Counted from the first letter of the stretch, positions 1 to 10,580 are shown. The stretch: 52,857 bases of DNA from Eubacteriales bacterium (GCA_045531795.1 JAZSET010000092.1:1-52857); one strand, 5' to 3'. Translations and numbers: made by a program. The notes: generated by a model from the letters alone, not told the origin.

Positions 1-53
1 GTCCGAAAAACCTTTCCGCCAAAGCGGACAGTTATGGCGGAGAGGGAGACTAT

Positions 54-1541
54 ATGCGATTTTTTGAAGTGCTTGACGGCACAAAAATTCTTGAAACGAA
101 CATTAACTGCTTTGACTTCTGCTTTGGCAAAATCTGCAGCAAGTCAAACGAGGTAAATCTTGGAGATGTATTTGTGTGCCGGAAAGGCAGCAAAGCAGAC
201 GGCCACGATTTTATAGAAACGGCATATAAAAACGGTGCGAGAACCTTTGTTATTGAAAAAAACGCCCCATTTTTAAAAAGCAATCCGGATATACGATATA
301 TACGAGTGAACGATGCCTCTGTTGCCGAAGCAAAAATGCTCGACTGCTTCTATGGGCACCCGACGAAAAGTATGCGTCTTGTGGGAATTACCGGCACAAA
401 CGGAAAAACCTCAAGTGCATATATGCTTAAGCAAATATTTGATTTTGCAGGGTACAAAACGGGTATTATCGGCACTGTAAAGACAATTGCCGGAGAGTGT
501 GACATCACAAAAAAGAACGCAGGCAGTAATTACAGTGATATGACAACGCCCTCTCCCAGTAAGCTATACGCCTACCTTTCGGAAATGGAAAAGCACGGCG
601 TTGAAATTGTAATTCTGGAAGCCTCGTCACACGCACTTTCCCAAAAGAGGCTCGATGCATTAAACTTTGACACCGGTATATTCACAAATCTAAGCGAAGA
701 CCACCTTGATTATCATAAAAGCCCCCTCGAATACAGAAAAGCGAAAATGCACCTCTTTGATTTGTGCAAGCAAGCCCTTATAAATTCCGACTCGGCAGAA
801 TGTGAAGCCTTTTTAAAAAGCATTCCCTGTAAAGCTCACACATTTGGGAAAACCTCGTCGGAATTCAGACTGAAAAACGCATACTTTGACGGCAAGTACA
901 ATAATCTTGAACTTGAATATAACAAAAATATCTCCCATATCATTTCACCGATTCTCGGCAGCTTTACGCCATATAATATAGTATCTGCCGCCTCGTGCGC
1001 AAAACTTTTCGGCGTAGATGACAGCATTATAGAAGATGCCATATTCAATCTTAAGAATATCCCGGGCAGACTTGAAAAAGTAGACTCTGTGACAAATGCG
1101 CGCATATACATTGATTATGCACATTCCCCTGACGCCCTCGAAAAAACCATAAAAACGCTCAGGGAAATATGCCATAGCCGTCTTTTAACAGTATTCGGCT
1201 GCGGCGGTGACAGAGAACGCGAAAAAAGGCCTGTGATGGGAAGAATAGCCACAAGCCTCTCCGATTATACGATTATTACAAGCGATAATCCCCGAAGCGA
1301 AGATCCGAAAAAAATTATAGCAGACATTCTGTTAGGTGTAAAGCCAAACAGCAAATATGAAATAGTAGAAAACCGAAAAGAAGCAATATGGCGCGCTCTC
1401 GGGCTTATAGGTGACAGTGATGTACTGCTGCTTGCCGGAAAAGGTCACGAAGACTATGAAATAACAAACTCCGGCAAACACCCCTTTTCCGAAAAAGCAA
1501 TTATAAACGATTACTATAAGAGCAAAGCAAATAAATCATAG
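54..1541 (+). CDS. murE: UDP-MurNAc-tripeptide synthetase (meso-DAP type)
   Basis: GITGTNGKT P-loop, EASSH, DYAH, FGCGGDR, DNPR (DAP-specific) and LAGKGHE motifs; first gene of the dcw run. Confidence 0.95.
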   Translation: MRFFEVLDGTKILETNINCFDFCFGKICSKSNEVNLGDVFVCRKGSKADGHDFIETAYKNGARTFVIEKNAPFLKSNPDIRYIRVNDASVAEAKMLDCFYGHPTKSMRLVGITGTNGKTSSAYMLKQIFDFAGYKTGIIGTVKTIAGECDITKKNAGSNYSDMTTPSPSKLYAYLSEMEKHGVEIVILEASSHALSQKRLDALNFDTGIFTNLSEDHLDYHKSPLEYRKAKMHLFDLCKQALINSDSAECEAFLKSIPCKAHTFGKTSSEFRLKNAYFDGKYNNLELEYNKNISHIISPILGSFTPYNIVSAASCAKLFGVDDSIIEDAIFNLKNIPGRLEKVDSVTNARIYIDYAHSPDALEKTIKTLREICHSRLLTVFGCGGDREREKRPVMGRIATSLSDYTIITSDNPRSEDPKKIIADILLGVKPNSKYEIVENRKEAIWRALGLIGDSDVLLLAGKGHEDYEITNSGKHPFSEKAIINDYYKSKANKS

Positions 1542-1565
1542 ATTTAACTCAAAAAGGATTTTGTA

Positions 1566-3008
1566 ATGAAAAGAATTGAACTTGAAAACTACAGCTTTAA
1601 AATTGAAGAAATTGCCAGAATAACAGACGGAAATATCGTCAGAAACAATGACGGTTTAATAACATCGGTTTCAAGTGATTCCAGAGACTGCGTGCCCGGC
1701 ACTTTATTCGTGGCAATCAAGGGTGAACATTTTGACGGTCACGATTTTATAAAAGCAACAATGGACAAAGGCGCAGTGTGTGCTCTGTGCGAAAAAATAC
1801 CTGCAGATGCAGCTTCACTCAAAGGCTCACTTGTAGTTGTAAAGGATACAACAATAGCCCTTGGAAAAATCGCTTATGAATATGCAAAGAAAACAGCTCC
1901 CGAAATTGTTGCGGTTACAGGAAGTGTCGGAAAAACCACCACAAAAGAATTCATATATGCGGTACTTTCAGAAAAGTTCAATGCTCATAAAACAGAGGGC
2001 AACTTCAACAACGAGCTTGGTCTGCCCCTCTCTATTTTATCAATGAAAAAGAATACCGAAGCGGCAGTATTCGAGCTTGGTATGAGCTTTAAAGGCGAAA
2101 TATCATATCTTTCAAAAATCGCCTGCCCCAAAATTGCCGCTATCACAAATATAGGCAACTCACATATAGAAAACCTTGGAAGCAGAGAAAACATATGCGC
2201 TGCAAAGCTTGAAATAATCGACGGACTTGACCCTGACGGAATAATACTATTAAATGCAGACGAACCGCTTTTGTTTGCGCAAAAGGGAAAGCTTTCGCAT
2301 AAAACATTCTTTATCTCAATGCAAAATCCGAGTGCCGATTTCAGAGCGCTGAATATAAGAACATACGACGACTATTCGATCTATGATCTTGTTCTTCCAA
2401 ACAGAGTTGTCACAAACATTCAGATCCCCACAATTGGCGTTCACAATGTCTTTGATTCTGCCTACGCCTTTGTTATCGGTATGCTTTTCGGTATGACTGA
2501 CGACGAAATCAAGCGCGGACTAATGAAGTTCAGAAATACAGGAATGAGACAAAATGTATATAAGTACGGTGGCATTACAATAATTGAAGACTGCTATAAT
2601 GCCGGCCCCGAATCTATGAAAGCATCGCTTGATGTGCTTTCAAGACTAAGCAGGCAGAACTCTCAGCGTTCAATAGCAGTACTCGGCGAAATGCGTGAGC
2701 TTGGTGAATACAGCAAGCAGCTTCATATGGAAATAGGTAAAATTGTTGCATCAAAGGGAATTGATAAGCTGTTCACCTTTGGTCATGAAGCGGAAAACAT
2801 CGTGCTTGGAGCAATAAATCACGGATATCCCTCCGAAAGTTTCGGAACAAGCACAGATATAGATGCCCCCGAAAAAATGGCTCTTGCCATTAAAAACACT
2901 CTGCAGCACGGAGATATTGTTCTTTTCAAGGCAAGCCGTGCCGTTGAACTTGAAAGGGTAATTGGGCTTCTCAAAAAATATCTTGATGAAACTCCACTAA
3001 ACAACTAA
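1566..3008 (+). CDS. murF: UDP-MurNAc-pentapeptide synthetase
   Basis: AVTGSVGKTTTKE, GNFNNELGLPL, EDCYNAGPESM, LGEMRELG, KASR motifs. Confidence 0.95.
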   Translation: MKRIELENYSFKIEEIARITDGNIVRNNDGLITSVSSDSRDCVPGTLFVAIKGEHFDGHDFIKATMDKGAVCALCEKIPADAASLKGSLVVVKDTTIALGKIAYEYAKKTAPEIVAVTGSVGKTTTKEFIYAVLSEKFNAHKTEGNFNNELGLPLSILSMKKNTEAAVFELGMSFKGEISYLSKIACPKIAAITNIGNSHIENLGSRENICAAKLEIIDGLDPDGIILLNADEPLLFAQKGKLSHKTFFISMQNPSADFRALNIRTYDDYSIYDLVLPNRVVTNIQIPTIGVHNVFDSAYAFVIGMLFGMTDDEIKRGLMKFRNTGMRQNVYKYGGITIIEDCYNAGPESMKASLDVLSRLSRQNSQRSIAVLGEMRELGEYSKQLHMEIGKIVASKGIDKLFTFGHEAENIVLGAINHGYPSESFGTSTDIDAPEKMALAIKNTLQHGDIVLFKASRAVELERVIGLLKKYLDETPLNN

Positions 3009-3039
3009 AAAGTACAGTCAAAAGGAAGGAACGGACCAA

Positions 3040-4035
3040 ATGAACACTATACACATCATATTTACAGTATCACTTATAAGCGTTTTTCTCCTTACAGTGC
3101 TTTTTACAAGGCTTATAATCCCGAAGCTTAAAAGTATGAAGCTTGGTCAGACAATTCTTGAAATCGGTCCTCGCTGGCACAAGAGCAAAGAGGGTACTCC
3201 GACTATGGGCGGTGTTGCCTTTATATCGGCCTCGCTTCTTGTAGCTGCAGTTGTAATCGCCATAATGGTAACACTGCTTGATTACACCCTGCCGGCAACT
3301 CTTATCGTTACTTTGATTTTTGCCGCTGTAAACGGTGCTATCGGCGTAATTGACGATATGACAAAATTCAAAAATCACAGAAACGAAGGTCTCAGTGCAT
3401 CACAAAAGTTTTTACTTCAGCTTTTATCGGCAGGCATATACCTTTTTGTCCTTGTAAGACTCGGTGCAATTACAACAGTTATGCACATTCCGTTTACAAG
3501 CATCGGTATCGACCTTGGCTTTGTATATTATCCTGTAGCCCTCATAATAATAACAGGAATAATAAACAGCGTAAATCTTACAGACGGAATAGACGGACTT
3601 GCTTCAAGCGTTACAATGGTGGCAGGTGCTGCATTTGCAGTAATTTCATTCTTGATTGCAAATACAGACCTTACAGTTTTGTCCGCACTTGTCATAGGCG
3701 CGTGTCTCGGCTTTCTTACATATAATTTTTACCCCGCCCGTATATTTATGGGAGACACAGGCTCACTGTTTTTAGGTGCGCTTGTTGTGGGGTGTGCCTT
3801 TATAATGAATGATCCTTTAATATCTCTTATAATCGGCATCATATATGTTATAGAATCATTTTCAGTTATACTTCAGGTAGGCTCATTTAAACTTACTCAC
3901 AAAAGAATCTTTAAAATGAGTCCTATTCACCACCATTTTGAAAAATGTGGATGGAGTGAAATCAGAATTGTATCTGTCTTCTCTATTGTAACACTGATTG
4001 TATCAACAATTGCTGTTATTCTCACAATTATTTAA
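3040..4035 (+). CDS. mraY: Phospho-MurNAc-pentapeptide transferase
   Basis: KEGTPTMGG, IDD, NLTDGIDGL, FMGDTGS, PIHHHFE motifs; polytopic membrane protein. Confidence 0.96.
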   Translation: MNTIHIIFTVSLISVFLLTVLFTRLIIPKLKSMKLGQTILEIGPRWHKSKEGTPTMGGVAFISASLLVAAVVIAIMVTLLDYTLPATLIVTLIFAAVNGAIGVIDDMTKFKNHRNEGLSASQKFLLQLLSAGIYLFVLVRLGAITTVMHIPFTSIGIDLGFVYYPVALIIITGIINSVNLTDGIDGLASSVTMVAGAAFAVISFLIANTDLTVLSALVIGACLGFLTYNFYPARIFMGDTGSLFLGALVVGCAFIMNDPLISLIIGIIYVIESFSVILQVGSFKLTHKRIFKMSPIHHHFEKCGWSEIRIVSVFSIVTLIVSTIAVILTII

Positions 4036-4057
4036 AATAAAAAATCTGGAGTTTTCA

Positions 4058-5323
4058 ATGAACAACACCCCAAAAAACAACAAAACCGATGCGCCGAAGC
4101 GTCAGATGCCGCCTGATTCAAAATCACGCAGTGTAAAGATCAGACGCATAGAAACAGCACAGAGAAATAATACAAGTGTTGCAAAGGTACCCGAAAATAT
4201 TGTTCGTTACAAGGGCCCCTGTGACCGCACATTTCTGACACTTGTGCTTATACTTATCTGCTTTGGTTCGGTTATGGTATTCAGCGCAAGCTATGCCTAC
4301 TCAATGTCGCAGGATCCGGGTAACGGATACCTCTACATAAGCAGACAGATAATGTATGTACTTGCGGGCCTTGTTGCTATGTTTTTTGCTTCTAAGGTTC
4401 CGCCCGAAATAATCAAACGCTTTACACCTACCCTGTACTGGATTACAATAGGACTTCTTTTGCTTGTTTTCGCAATTGGTACAGTCGGCGGCGGTGCAAA
4501 GCGCTGGATCCCTCTCGGCCCGTTTTCATTACAGCCGTCGGAGATTGCCAAAGCAACCCTTGTTATGATGCTTGCACTTTATTTTGATAAGAACGGTGAA
4601 AAAATACAAAACGCAAAAACCTTAAAAGAACACGCCGGAATCGGTCTTCTGAAACCGCTTTTTTATACCGGTCTGGTTTGTCTTCTTGTTGTGCTTGAAA
4701 AGCATCTTTCGGGTACAATTATTCTGTTTTGCATAGGTCTTATGCTTATATGGATGGGAGGCATAAAGCCAAGAATTATTGTTGCTCCTCTCTTGATAGG
4801 AGGCGCCGTTCTTGGACTTATTGCCTGGTTTGTTCCATACACAAGACGAAGACTTGATATATGGTTTGACCCGACAAAGGATATACAGGGCAGCGGCTGG
4901 CAGACAATACAAAGTCTCAGAGCCATAGGCTCAGGCGGATTTTTAGGACTTGGTCCCACAAACAGCCGTCAGAAGCATATGTATGTATCTCAGCCACAAA
5001 ACGACTTTATTTTCAGTATTCTTTGCGAGGAGCTCGGATTTGTGGGAGCAGTAGCGGTTATAATACTGTTTATACTGCTTATAGTAAGAGGATTTAAAAT
5101 TGCAATGAAAGCCCCTGACACATATTCCTCCCTCGTAGTTATGGGAATTGTCGGCAAAGTGGGCCTGCAGGCGGCACTTAACATAGGTGTTGTAACAAAC
5201 ACTCTTCCCAATACCGGTATATCTCTTCCTTTCTTCAGCTATGGCGGTTCTTCTACTATAGTACTGCTTGCGGAAATGGGAGTAGTGCTGTCAATTTCAA
5301 GATTTTCACGGCATGACAGATAG
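4058..5323 (+). CDS. ftsW: SEDS family protein FtsW/SpoVE (start moved to ATG 4058 after GGAG)
   Basis: GAKRWI, QPSEIAK, DFIFSILCEELG, PNTGISLPFFSYGGSS motifs; lies between mraY and murG. Confidence 0.9.
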   Translation: MNNTPKNNKTDAPKRQMPPDSKSRSVKIRRIETAQRNNTSVAKVPENIVRYKGPCDRTFLTLVLILICFGSVMVFSASYAYSMSQDPGNGYLYISRQIMYVLAGLVAMFFASKVPPEIIKRFTPTLYWITIGLLLLVFAIGTVGGGAKRWIPLGPFSLQPSEIAKATLVMMLALYFDKNGEKIQNAKTLKEHAGIGLLKPLFYTGLVCLLVVLEKHLSGTIILFCIGLMLIWMGGIKPRIIVAPLLIGGAVLGLIAWFVPYTRRRLDIWFDPTKDIQGSGWQTIQSLRAIGSGGFLGLGPTNSRQKHMYVSQPQNDFIFSILCEELGFVGAVAVIILFILLIVRGFKIAMKAPDTYSSLVVMGIVGKVGLQAALNIGVVTNTLPNTGISLPFFSYGGSSTIVLLAEMGVVLSISRFSRHDR

Positions 5324-5348
5324 CAAAATTTATATTTAAGAGGTCAAC

Positions 5349-6470
5349 ATGAGAGTAATCGTCACCGGCGGAGGAACAAGCGGACACGTAAATCCCGCTT
5401 TATCTATTGCCAACACAATAAAAAAGAATATCCCTGGTTCCGAAATCATTTTTGTAGGCACAAAACGCGGAATAGAAAACAAGCTTGTCCCGAATGAGGG
5501 TTATAAGCTCTGCCACGTTGAAGTACAAGGCATAAGGCGCTCGCTTTCGCTTTCCAATTTAAAAAGCCTTTACCTTGCCGCAGTTTCTCCCATAAAAGCA
5601 AAAAAGCTTATCCGTGAATTCAAACCCGATGTGGTTATAGGCACAGGCGGATATGTCTGCTGGCCTGTTATGAAAGCAGCGGCGGATATGAAAATCCCCA
5701 CCGTCCTTCACGAATCAAACTCCATTCCGGGCGTTGCAATAAAAATGCTTGCAAAATATGTTGACCGGATATTTGTTAACTTTGAAGCCACAACAAACAA
5801 ATTCTCAGAAGAATACAGGCACAAAGTTATGAGAGTGGGAAATCCTCTCAGAGGAGAGTTTTTAAGCCTTGATTATAATGAGGCAAGAAACAGACTCGGT
5901 ATCACGGGAAAATATGAAAAATTCATTCTCTCCTGCGGCGGAAGTATGGGTGCTGAAAAAATAAATGAATCAGTTCTTGAGCTTATGAAGAATTATACCT
6001 CAAAGCATCCAGAAATATTGCATCTTCACGCAACGGGAGCCATTGAATATGACGCTTCTATGCAAATGTACAGAAATTATTTTCTTGATAAATTTGACAA
6101 TATTAAAATAGTAGAGTACATTTATGATATGCCTCTGCAAATGGCAGCGGCTGACCTTGTTATAAACAGGGCCGGAGCAATGACACTGTCTGAACTTGCA
6201 GTTTTAAGAAAAAGTGCAATTCTGATCCCATCCCCTAATGTTACAGATAATCACCAGTATAAAAATGCCCGTGAGCTTGAACTTGCAGGAGCAGCTTCTC
6301 TTATCGAAGAAAAGGATCTTTGTGCAGAAAAACTCGAAAAAGAAGTAAATGCTCTGCTCTTTGGAAGCCGGGGACAGGAGCTTTCAAAGAATATATACTC
6401 CTTTGCTCTTCCCGATGCAGAAAGAGTAATTTTTGAAGAAATTATAAACCTCGTTAAAAATAAAAAGTAA
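5349..6470 (+). CDS. murG: Lipid I N-acetylglucosaminyltransferase
   Basis: GGGTSGHVNP, GTGGYV, HESN, GNPLR, GGSMGA, RAGAMT, HQYKNA motifs. Confidence 0.96.
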   Translation: MRVIVTGGGTSGHVNPALSIANTIKKNIPGSEIIFVGTKRGIENKLVPNEGYKLCHVEVQGIRRSLSLSNLKSLYLAAVSPIKAKKLIREFKPDVVIGTGGYVCWPVMKAAADMKIPTVLHESNSIPGVAIKMLAKYVDRIFVNFEATTNKFSEEYRHKVMRVGNPLRGEFLSLDYNEARNRLGITGKYEKFILSCGGSMGAEKINESVLELMKNYTSKHPEILHLHATGAIEYDASMQMYRNYFLDKFDNIKIVEYIYDMPLQMAAADLVINRAGAMTLSELAVLRKSAILIPSPNVTDNHQYKNARELELAGAASLIEEKDLCAEKLEKEVNALLFGSRGQELSKNIYSFALPDAERVIFEEIINLVKNKK

Positions 6471-6481
6471 GGTGAGGTGCG

Positions 6482-7300
6482 GTGTTGAAAAAGAAAGAAG
6501 AAATAACAAACACGAATGACGCAAAGCTTGAAAACTTTGCGAAAAAAAACGAAAAAAAGAAAAAGTTCAAAAAACTCATTCTTATACCTGTAGGGATTAT
6601 AACAATAATTGTATTTTTCATTGTATGCTTTGTGTTTTTCTTCAAGGTTAAAACCGTAGAAGTTACAGGTGCATCCAAATACAGCGCAGACCTCCTTATT
6701 ATTAAAAGCGGTATTACCGCAGGTGAAAACCTGTATGCCTACAGCGAAAACGAAATTGAAGAGACACTTATGCTCAGATATCCCTATATCAGCAGTGTGA
6801 ATTTAAAAAGGCGCTGGCCTGACAGGATAATCCTTGAAATAGAGGAAGAAAAGGCATTTTATGCCACCGAAATATACGGCGAAACACTTATTCTTTCAAA
6901 GTCTCTCAGAATACTTGAAAATCCTGCTGCAAATATCGAGTCTCTTGAGCTTTTGAAACTTATACTTCCCGATATTGACCGTGCTCTTGTCGGTAACAAG
7001 CCCGTATTTTCCAAAAATGCAGACTATATCGAAAAAGCTCTGTCGGCAATTATGTCAAGTAATATTGCAGACAGGATAACTTGTATAGACCTGAGAAATA
7101 AGTTTTCACTTGATTTTTTAATGGGAAATACTTATAAAATCAAATGCGGCGACACCGATGACCTGGCACTCAAGCTTACAATGACCGAAAAAATACTCTC
7201 AAGCGGACAAATACCCGCATCCACAAAAGCCGAAATTGATGTAAGTAACCCTGCAGAATGCTCTGCCATACTCGGAGACAGTGCCGACATTTCGCTTTAA
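6482..7300 (+). CDS. ftsQ: Cell division protein FtsQ/DivIB (POTRA domain)
   Basis: Basic N-terminal tail, single TM, then POTRA signature (FKVKTVEVTG...YPYISSVNLKRRWPD); between murG and ftsZ. Confidence 0.8.
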   Translation: MLKKKEEITNTNDAKLENFAKKNEKKKKFKKLILIPVGIITIIVFFIVCFVFFFKVKTVEVTGASKYSADLLIIKSGITAGENLYAYSENEIEETLMLRYPYISSVNLKRRWPDRIILEIEEEKAFYATEIYGETLILSKSLRILENPAANIESLELLKLILPDIDRALVGNKPVFSKNADYIEKALSAIMSSNIADRITCIDLRNKFSLDFLMGNTYKIKCGDTDDLALKLTMTEKILSSGQIPASTKAEIDVSNPAECSAILGDSADISL

Positions 7301-7397
7301 AATCATCTTTTTGCATAAATTCAACAAAACCCACCCCCGTTTTTCAAAAGAAAATTAAGTTAAATTGTAAAAATATCATAAATTTTTGCAAAACATA

Positions 7398-7426
7398 TTG
7401 CATTCTTGACTTTTTTATATTATCAT
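7398..7426 (+). promoter_or_regulatory. Candidate sigma-A promoter for ftsZ
   Basis: TTGCAT-17 bp-TATCAT upstream of the ftsZ RBS AGGAGG. Confidence 0.45.
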
Positions 7427-7509
7427 ATAGGGTGACGGATATTACACTATGGCAATAGGATGATTGTCAAAAAAATATATGTGTTGAAAACATAGGAGGA
7501 AATATAACA

Positions 7510-8556
7510 ATGGCAGTAGAATTTGCAGACCTCAACAACAGAGTTTGTATAAAAGTAATCGGTGTAGGCGGCGGCGGTTGTAACGCTGTTAACCGTATGA
7601 TTACCGCAGGCGTAAAGGGCGTTGAATTCATCGCTATAAATACCGATGTTCAGAACCTTGACAAAAACCTTGCTGCAACAAAAATTGCAATCGGTCAGAG
7701 AACAACAAAGGGCTTCGGTGCAGGCGCTAACCCCTCAGTTGGTGAAGCAGCAGCAGAAGAAAGCCTTGAAGAAATCAAATCTGCAATCCAGGGCGCAGAT
7801 ATGGTATTCATAACCGCAGGTATGGGCGGAGGCACAGGTACAGGTGCTGCTCCCGTAGTTGCAAAGCTTTCCAAGGAAATGGATATACTTACAGTTGGTA
7901 TCGTAACAAAGCCTTTCGCATTTGAAGGCAGGAGAAGAATGGTTCAGGCTGAATCAGGTATCGAAAACTTCTCTCAGTATGTTGACTCTCTTATCACAAT
8001 CCCCAACGAGCGTCTGAAGCACGTTTCCGAAACAAAGATTACACTTATGAACGCATTTGAAATCGCAGACGACGTTCTCCGTCAGGGCGTACAGAGCATC
8101 ACAGAGCTTATTGATGTTAACGGTGCAATCAACCTTGACTTTGCTGACGTTACATCTGTAATGAAGGATGCAGGCGTTGCTCATATGGGTATGGGTACAG
8201 CTAAGGGTAAGGACAAGGCAGAGCTTGCGGCAAAGGCTGCTATCTCCAGCCCGCTTCTCGAATCATCAATCGCAGGTGCAAAGGGACTTATCGTAAGCAT
8301 TATGGCTTCTGCAGACATCAGCCTTGATGAAATTGATATTGCTTCAACACTTATTTCAGACGAAGCTAATCCCGATGTTGACCTTATCTGGGGTTATGCA
8401 TTCGATCCTGCTCTTGAAGATGAAATGAAAATTACAGTTATCGCTACAAAGTTTGACAGCACTCCTGCTGCAAACGCAAAGGCTGATGCATCAACGACAA
8501 TCTCCAAGGATGAATTTGAAGATTTGATCGATGTTCTCAACCGCGGTGCGAAGTAA
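7510..8556 (+). CDS. ftsZ: Cell division GTPase FtsZ
   Basis: [19 protein letters not shown] tubulin signature, INLDFADV T7 loop. Confidence 0.98.
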   Translation: MAVEFADLNNRVCIKVIGVGGGGCNAVNRMITAGVKGVEFIAINTDVQNLDKNLAATKIAIGQRTTKGFGAGANPSVGEAAAEESLEEIKSAIQGADMVFITAGMGGGTGTGAAPVVAKLSKEMDILTVGIVTKPFAFEGRRRMVQAESGIENFSQYVDSLITIPNERLKHVSETKITLMNAFEIADDVLRQGVQSITELIDVNGAINLDFADVTSVMKDAGVAHMGMGTAKGKDKAELAAKAAISSPLLESSIAGAKGLIVSIMASADISLDEIDIASTLISDEANPDVDLIWGYAFDPALEDEMKITVIATKFDSTPAANAKADASTTISKDEFEDLIDVLNRGAK

Positions 8557-8576
8557 TATAAATACGCATAAAACTG

Positions 8577-8612
8577 TCACCTCAACGCATATAATGCGTT
8601 GAGGTGATTTTT
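8577..8612 (+). terminator. Intrinsic terminator after ftsZ, overlapping the RBS of the next gene
   Basis: Perfect 14-bp inverted repeat TCACCTCAACGCAT/ATGCGTTGAGGTGA followed by TTTTT. Confidence 0.7.
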
Positions 8613-9758
8613 GTGTTTATAAAAAGGCTTACAACAATTTTACTTGCAATTATTATAACAATACTTTCAATTATTCCGGCAATGTCTGCCGATATGCAGT
8701 TTGATGCAAAGAGTACCATTTTAATTGAAGCATCAACGGGCAAGGTGCTGTATGAAAACAACGCAGATGAGGCTCTGCCGCCTGCTTCTGTTACCAAAAT
8801 AATGACTTTGCTTATTGTTATGGAGGCGATTGATGCAGGGAAAATATCTCTTGATGATATGGTCAGTGTATCAAACAATGCCGCATCTATGGGCGGTTCG
8901 CAGGTATATCTCGAGGTCGGCGAGCAAATGAGCGTTGATGAGATGATAAAGTGCGTGGTCGTGTCCTCAGCCAATGATGCCGCAGTCGCACTTGCTGAAC
9001 ACGTTGCCGGCAGTGAAGAGGTGTTCGTCGGACAGATGAATGCGCGTGCAAAAGAGCTTGGTATGGAAAACACAAATTTTGAAAACACCAACGGTCTTGA
9101 TGATTCGGTCACTAATCACAAAACAAGTGCGCGCGACATAGCAATTATGTCAAGAGAACTCATCCGTCACGAAAAGATACTCGAATACAGTTCAATCTGC
9201 ATGGATACAATCAGAGGCGGCGCATTTACCCTTACAAACACCAACAGACTGATAAGATTTTATAACGGAGCAAACGGTCTCAAGACAGGCTCTACCTCAA
9301 AGGCAGGGTTCTGTATAAGTGCAACGGCTCTTCGAGACAATATGCAGCTTATTGCCGTTGTAATGGGTGCTCCCAACAGAGATACACGAAACGAAATTGC
9401 AAAGAAACTCCTTGATTACGGCTTTGCTACATATACCGTCTACACAAAAGAGGCTTGTGAACTTGAACCTCTGAAGCTTCTCGGAGGCATAAAAACAGAC
9501 TGCCGGATTTCAAGTCAGGAATTTGAGGCAGTTATAGAAAAAGGGAAAACAGATTCGGTAGAAAGTCAGACAAATCTTCCCGATAACCTCACAGCACCCG
9601 TCAAAAAAGGTGATGTGGTCGGCGAAATCACATACAGCGTAGACGGCGAAACAATCGGAAAGTCTGCTATCTGCGTCCTTGAGGATATAGACAAAATCGG
9701 CTATTTCGGCGTTCTTTCAAGAATATTCAGTAAAATGCTCTACTCGTGCGAAAAGTAA
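8613..9758 (+). CDS. dacF: D-alanyl-D-alanine carboxypeptidase (peptidase S11, DacF-like); probable GTG start at 8613
   Basis: Signal peptide, SVTK (SxxK), SAN (SxN), KTG motifs, C-terminal PBP5 domain; MGGSQVYL typical of DacF. Confidence 0.8.
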   Translation: MFIKRLTTILLAIIITILSIIPAMSADMQFDAKSTILIEASTGKVLYENNADEALPPASVTKIMTLLIVMEAIDAGKISLDDMVSVSNNAASMGGSQVYLEVGEQMSVDEMIKCVVVSSANDAAVALAEHVAGSEEVFVGQMNARAKELGMENTNFENTNGLDDSVTNHKTSARDIAIMSRELIRHEKILEYSSICMDTIRGGAFTLTNTNRLIRFYNGANGLKTGSTSKAGFCISATALRDNMQLIAVVMGAPNRDTRNEIAKKLLDYGFATYTVYTKEACELEPLKLLGGIKTDCRISSQEFEAVIEKGKTDSVESQTNLPDNLTAPVKKGDVVGEITYSVDGETIGKSAICVLEDIDKIGYFGVLSRIFSKMLYSCEK

Positions 9759-9777
9759 TAAAAATTCCTTTCACTAC

Positions 9778-9806
9778 TTGACATACAGGCTTTCAAATGT
9801 TACAAT
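9778..9806 (+). promoter_or_regulatory. Sigma-A promoter of the CofE-like gene
   Basis: TTGACA-17 bp-TACAAT with an extended TG. Confidence 0.7.
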
Positions 9807-9838
9807 TATTTGTAGTATTTGAAAGGATAATTCAGATA

Positions 9839-10534
9839 ATGGACGAAAAATTTGTAAACCCCGGAAAAAATCCAAGTGTTGAGGTGGACGGCATAAGCTA
9901 CAGAAGATTATGTATAAAAACGCACGTTATCACAAACGATGATAATATAGTTGATGTGTGCGAAAAGTACGCAAAGCCACTTGCACAGGCGGGAGATACC
10001 CTTGTAATAAGTGAAAAAGCGGTAGCCTGCACACAGGGCAGAGCCATCCCTTTAACTGATATAAAGCCGAGAAAGCTTGCAGTCTTCTTGTCTAAGCACG
10101 TAACCAAAACCCCCGTAGGAATAGGTCTTGGAATGCCCGAAACTATGGAAATGGCACTGAGAGAATGCGGCACTCCGCGCATACTTTTTGCTGCATTTGT
10201 CTCTGTTATCGGTAAACTCTTTGGAAAAAGCGGTTGGTTTTATATCGTTGCAGGAGACAGGGCACGCAGTATAGACGGCCCCTGCCACTATACACTTCCC
10301 CCCTATAATAAATATGTGGTTCTCGGTCCCGAAAAGCCCGAAAAGGTCGCAGAAGCAATTTCCGCAAAAATCGGAATAAATGTGGCGATAATTGATGCCA
10401 ATGACCTTGGCTGCGTAATACTCGGCTCATCAAAGAATGCTTTGTCGGACGATATCCTTTGCCGGATACTTAAGGATAACCCACTCGGACAAACAAACGA
10501 ACAGACTCCGATGGGAATAATAAGAACCGAATGA
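9839..10534 (+). CDS. CofE-like (F420-0:gamma-glutamyl ligase family) protein; start moved to ATG 9839
   Basis: ISEKAVACTQGR, IDG, IIDANDLG, NPLGQTNEQTP resemble the CofE family; RBS AAGGA upstream. Confidence 0.7.
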   Translation: MDEKFVNPGKNPSVEVDGISYRRLCIKTHVITNDDNIVDVCEKYAKPLAQAGDTLVISEKAVACTQGRAIPLTDIKPRKLAVFLSKHVTKTPVGIGLGMPETMEMALRECGTPRILFAAFVSVIGKLFGKSGWFYIVAGDRARSIDGPCHYTLPPYNKYVVLGPEKPEKVAEAISAKIGINVAIIDANDLGCVILGSSKNALSDDILCRILKDNPLGQTNEQTPMGIIRTE

Positions 10535-10539
10535 TAAGC

Positions 10540-10570
10540 AAAACGGTGCAACAATGTTGCACCGTTTTTT
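10540..10570. terminator. Bidirectional terminator between convergent genes
   Basis: AAAACGGTGCAACA/TGTTGCACCGTTTT inverted repeat with A and T tails. Confidence 0.8.
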
Positions 10571-10580
10571 GTATGTCCTC

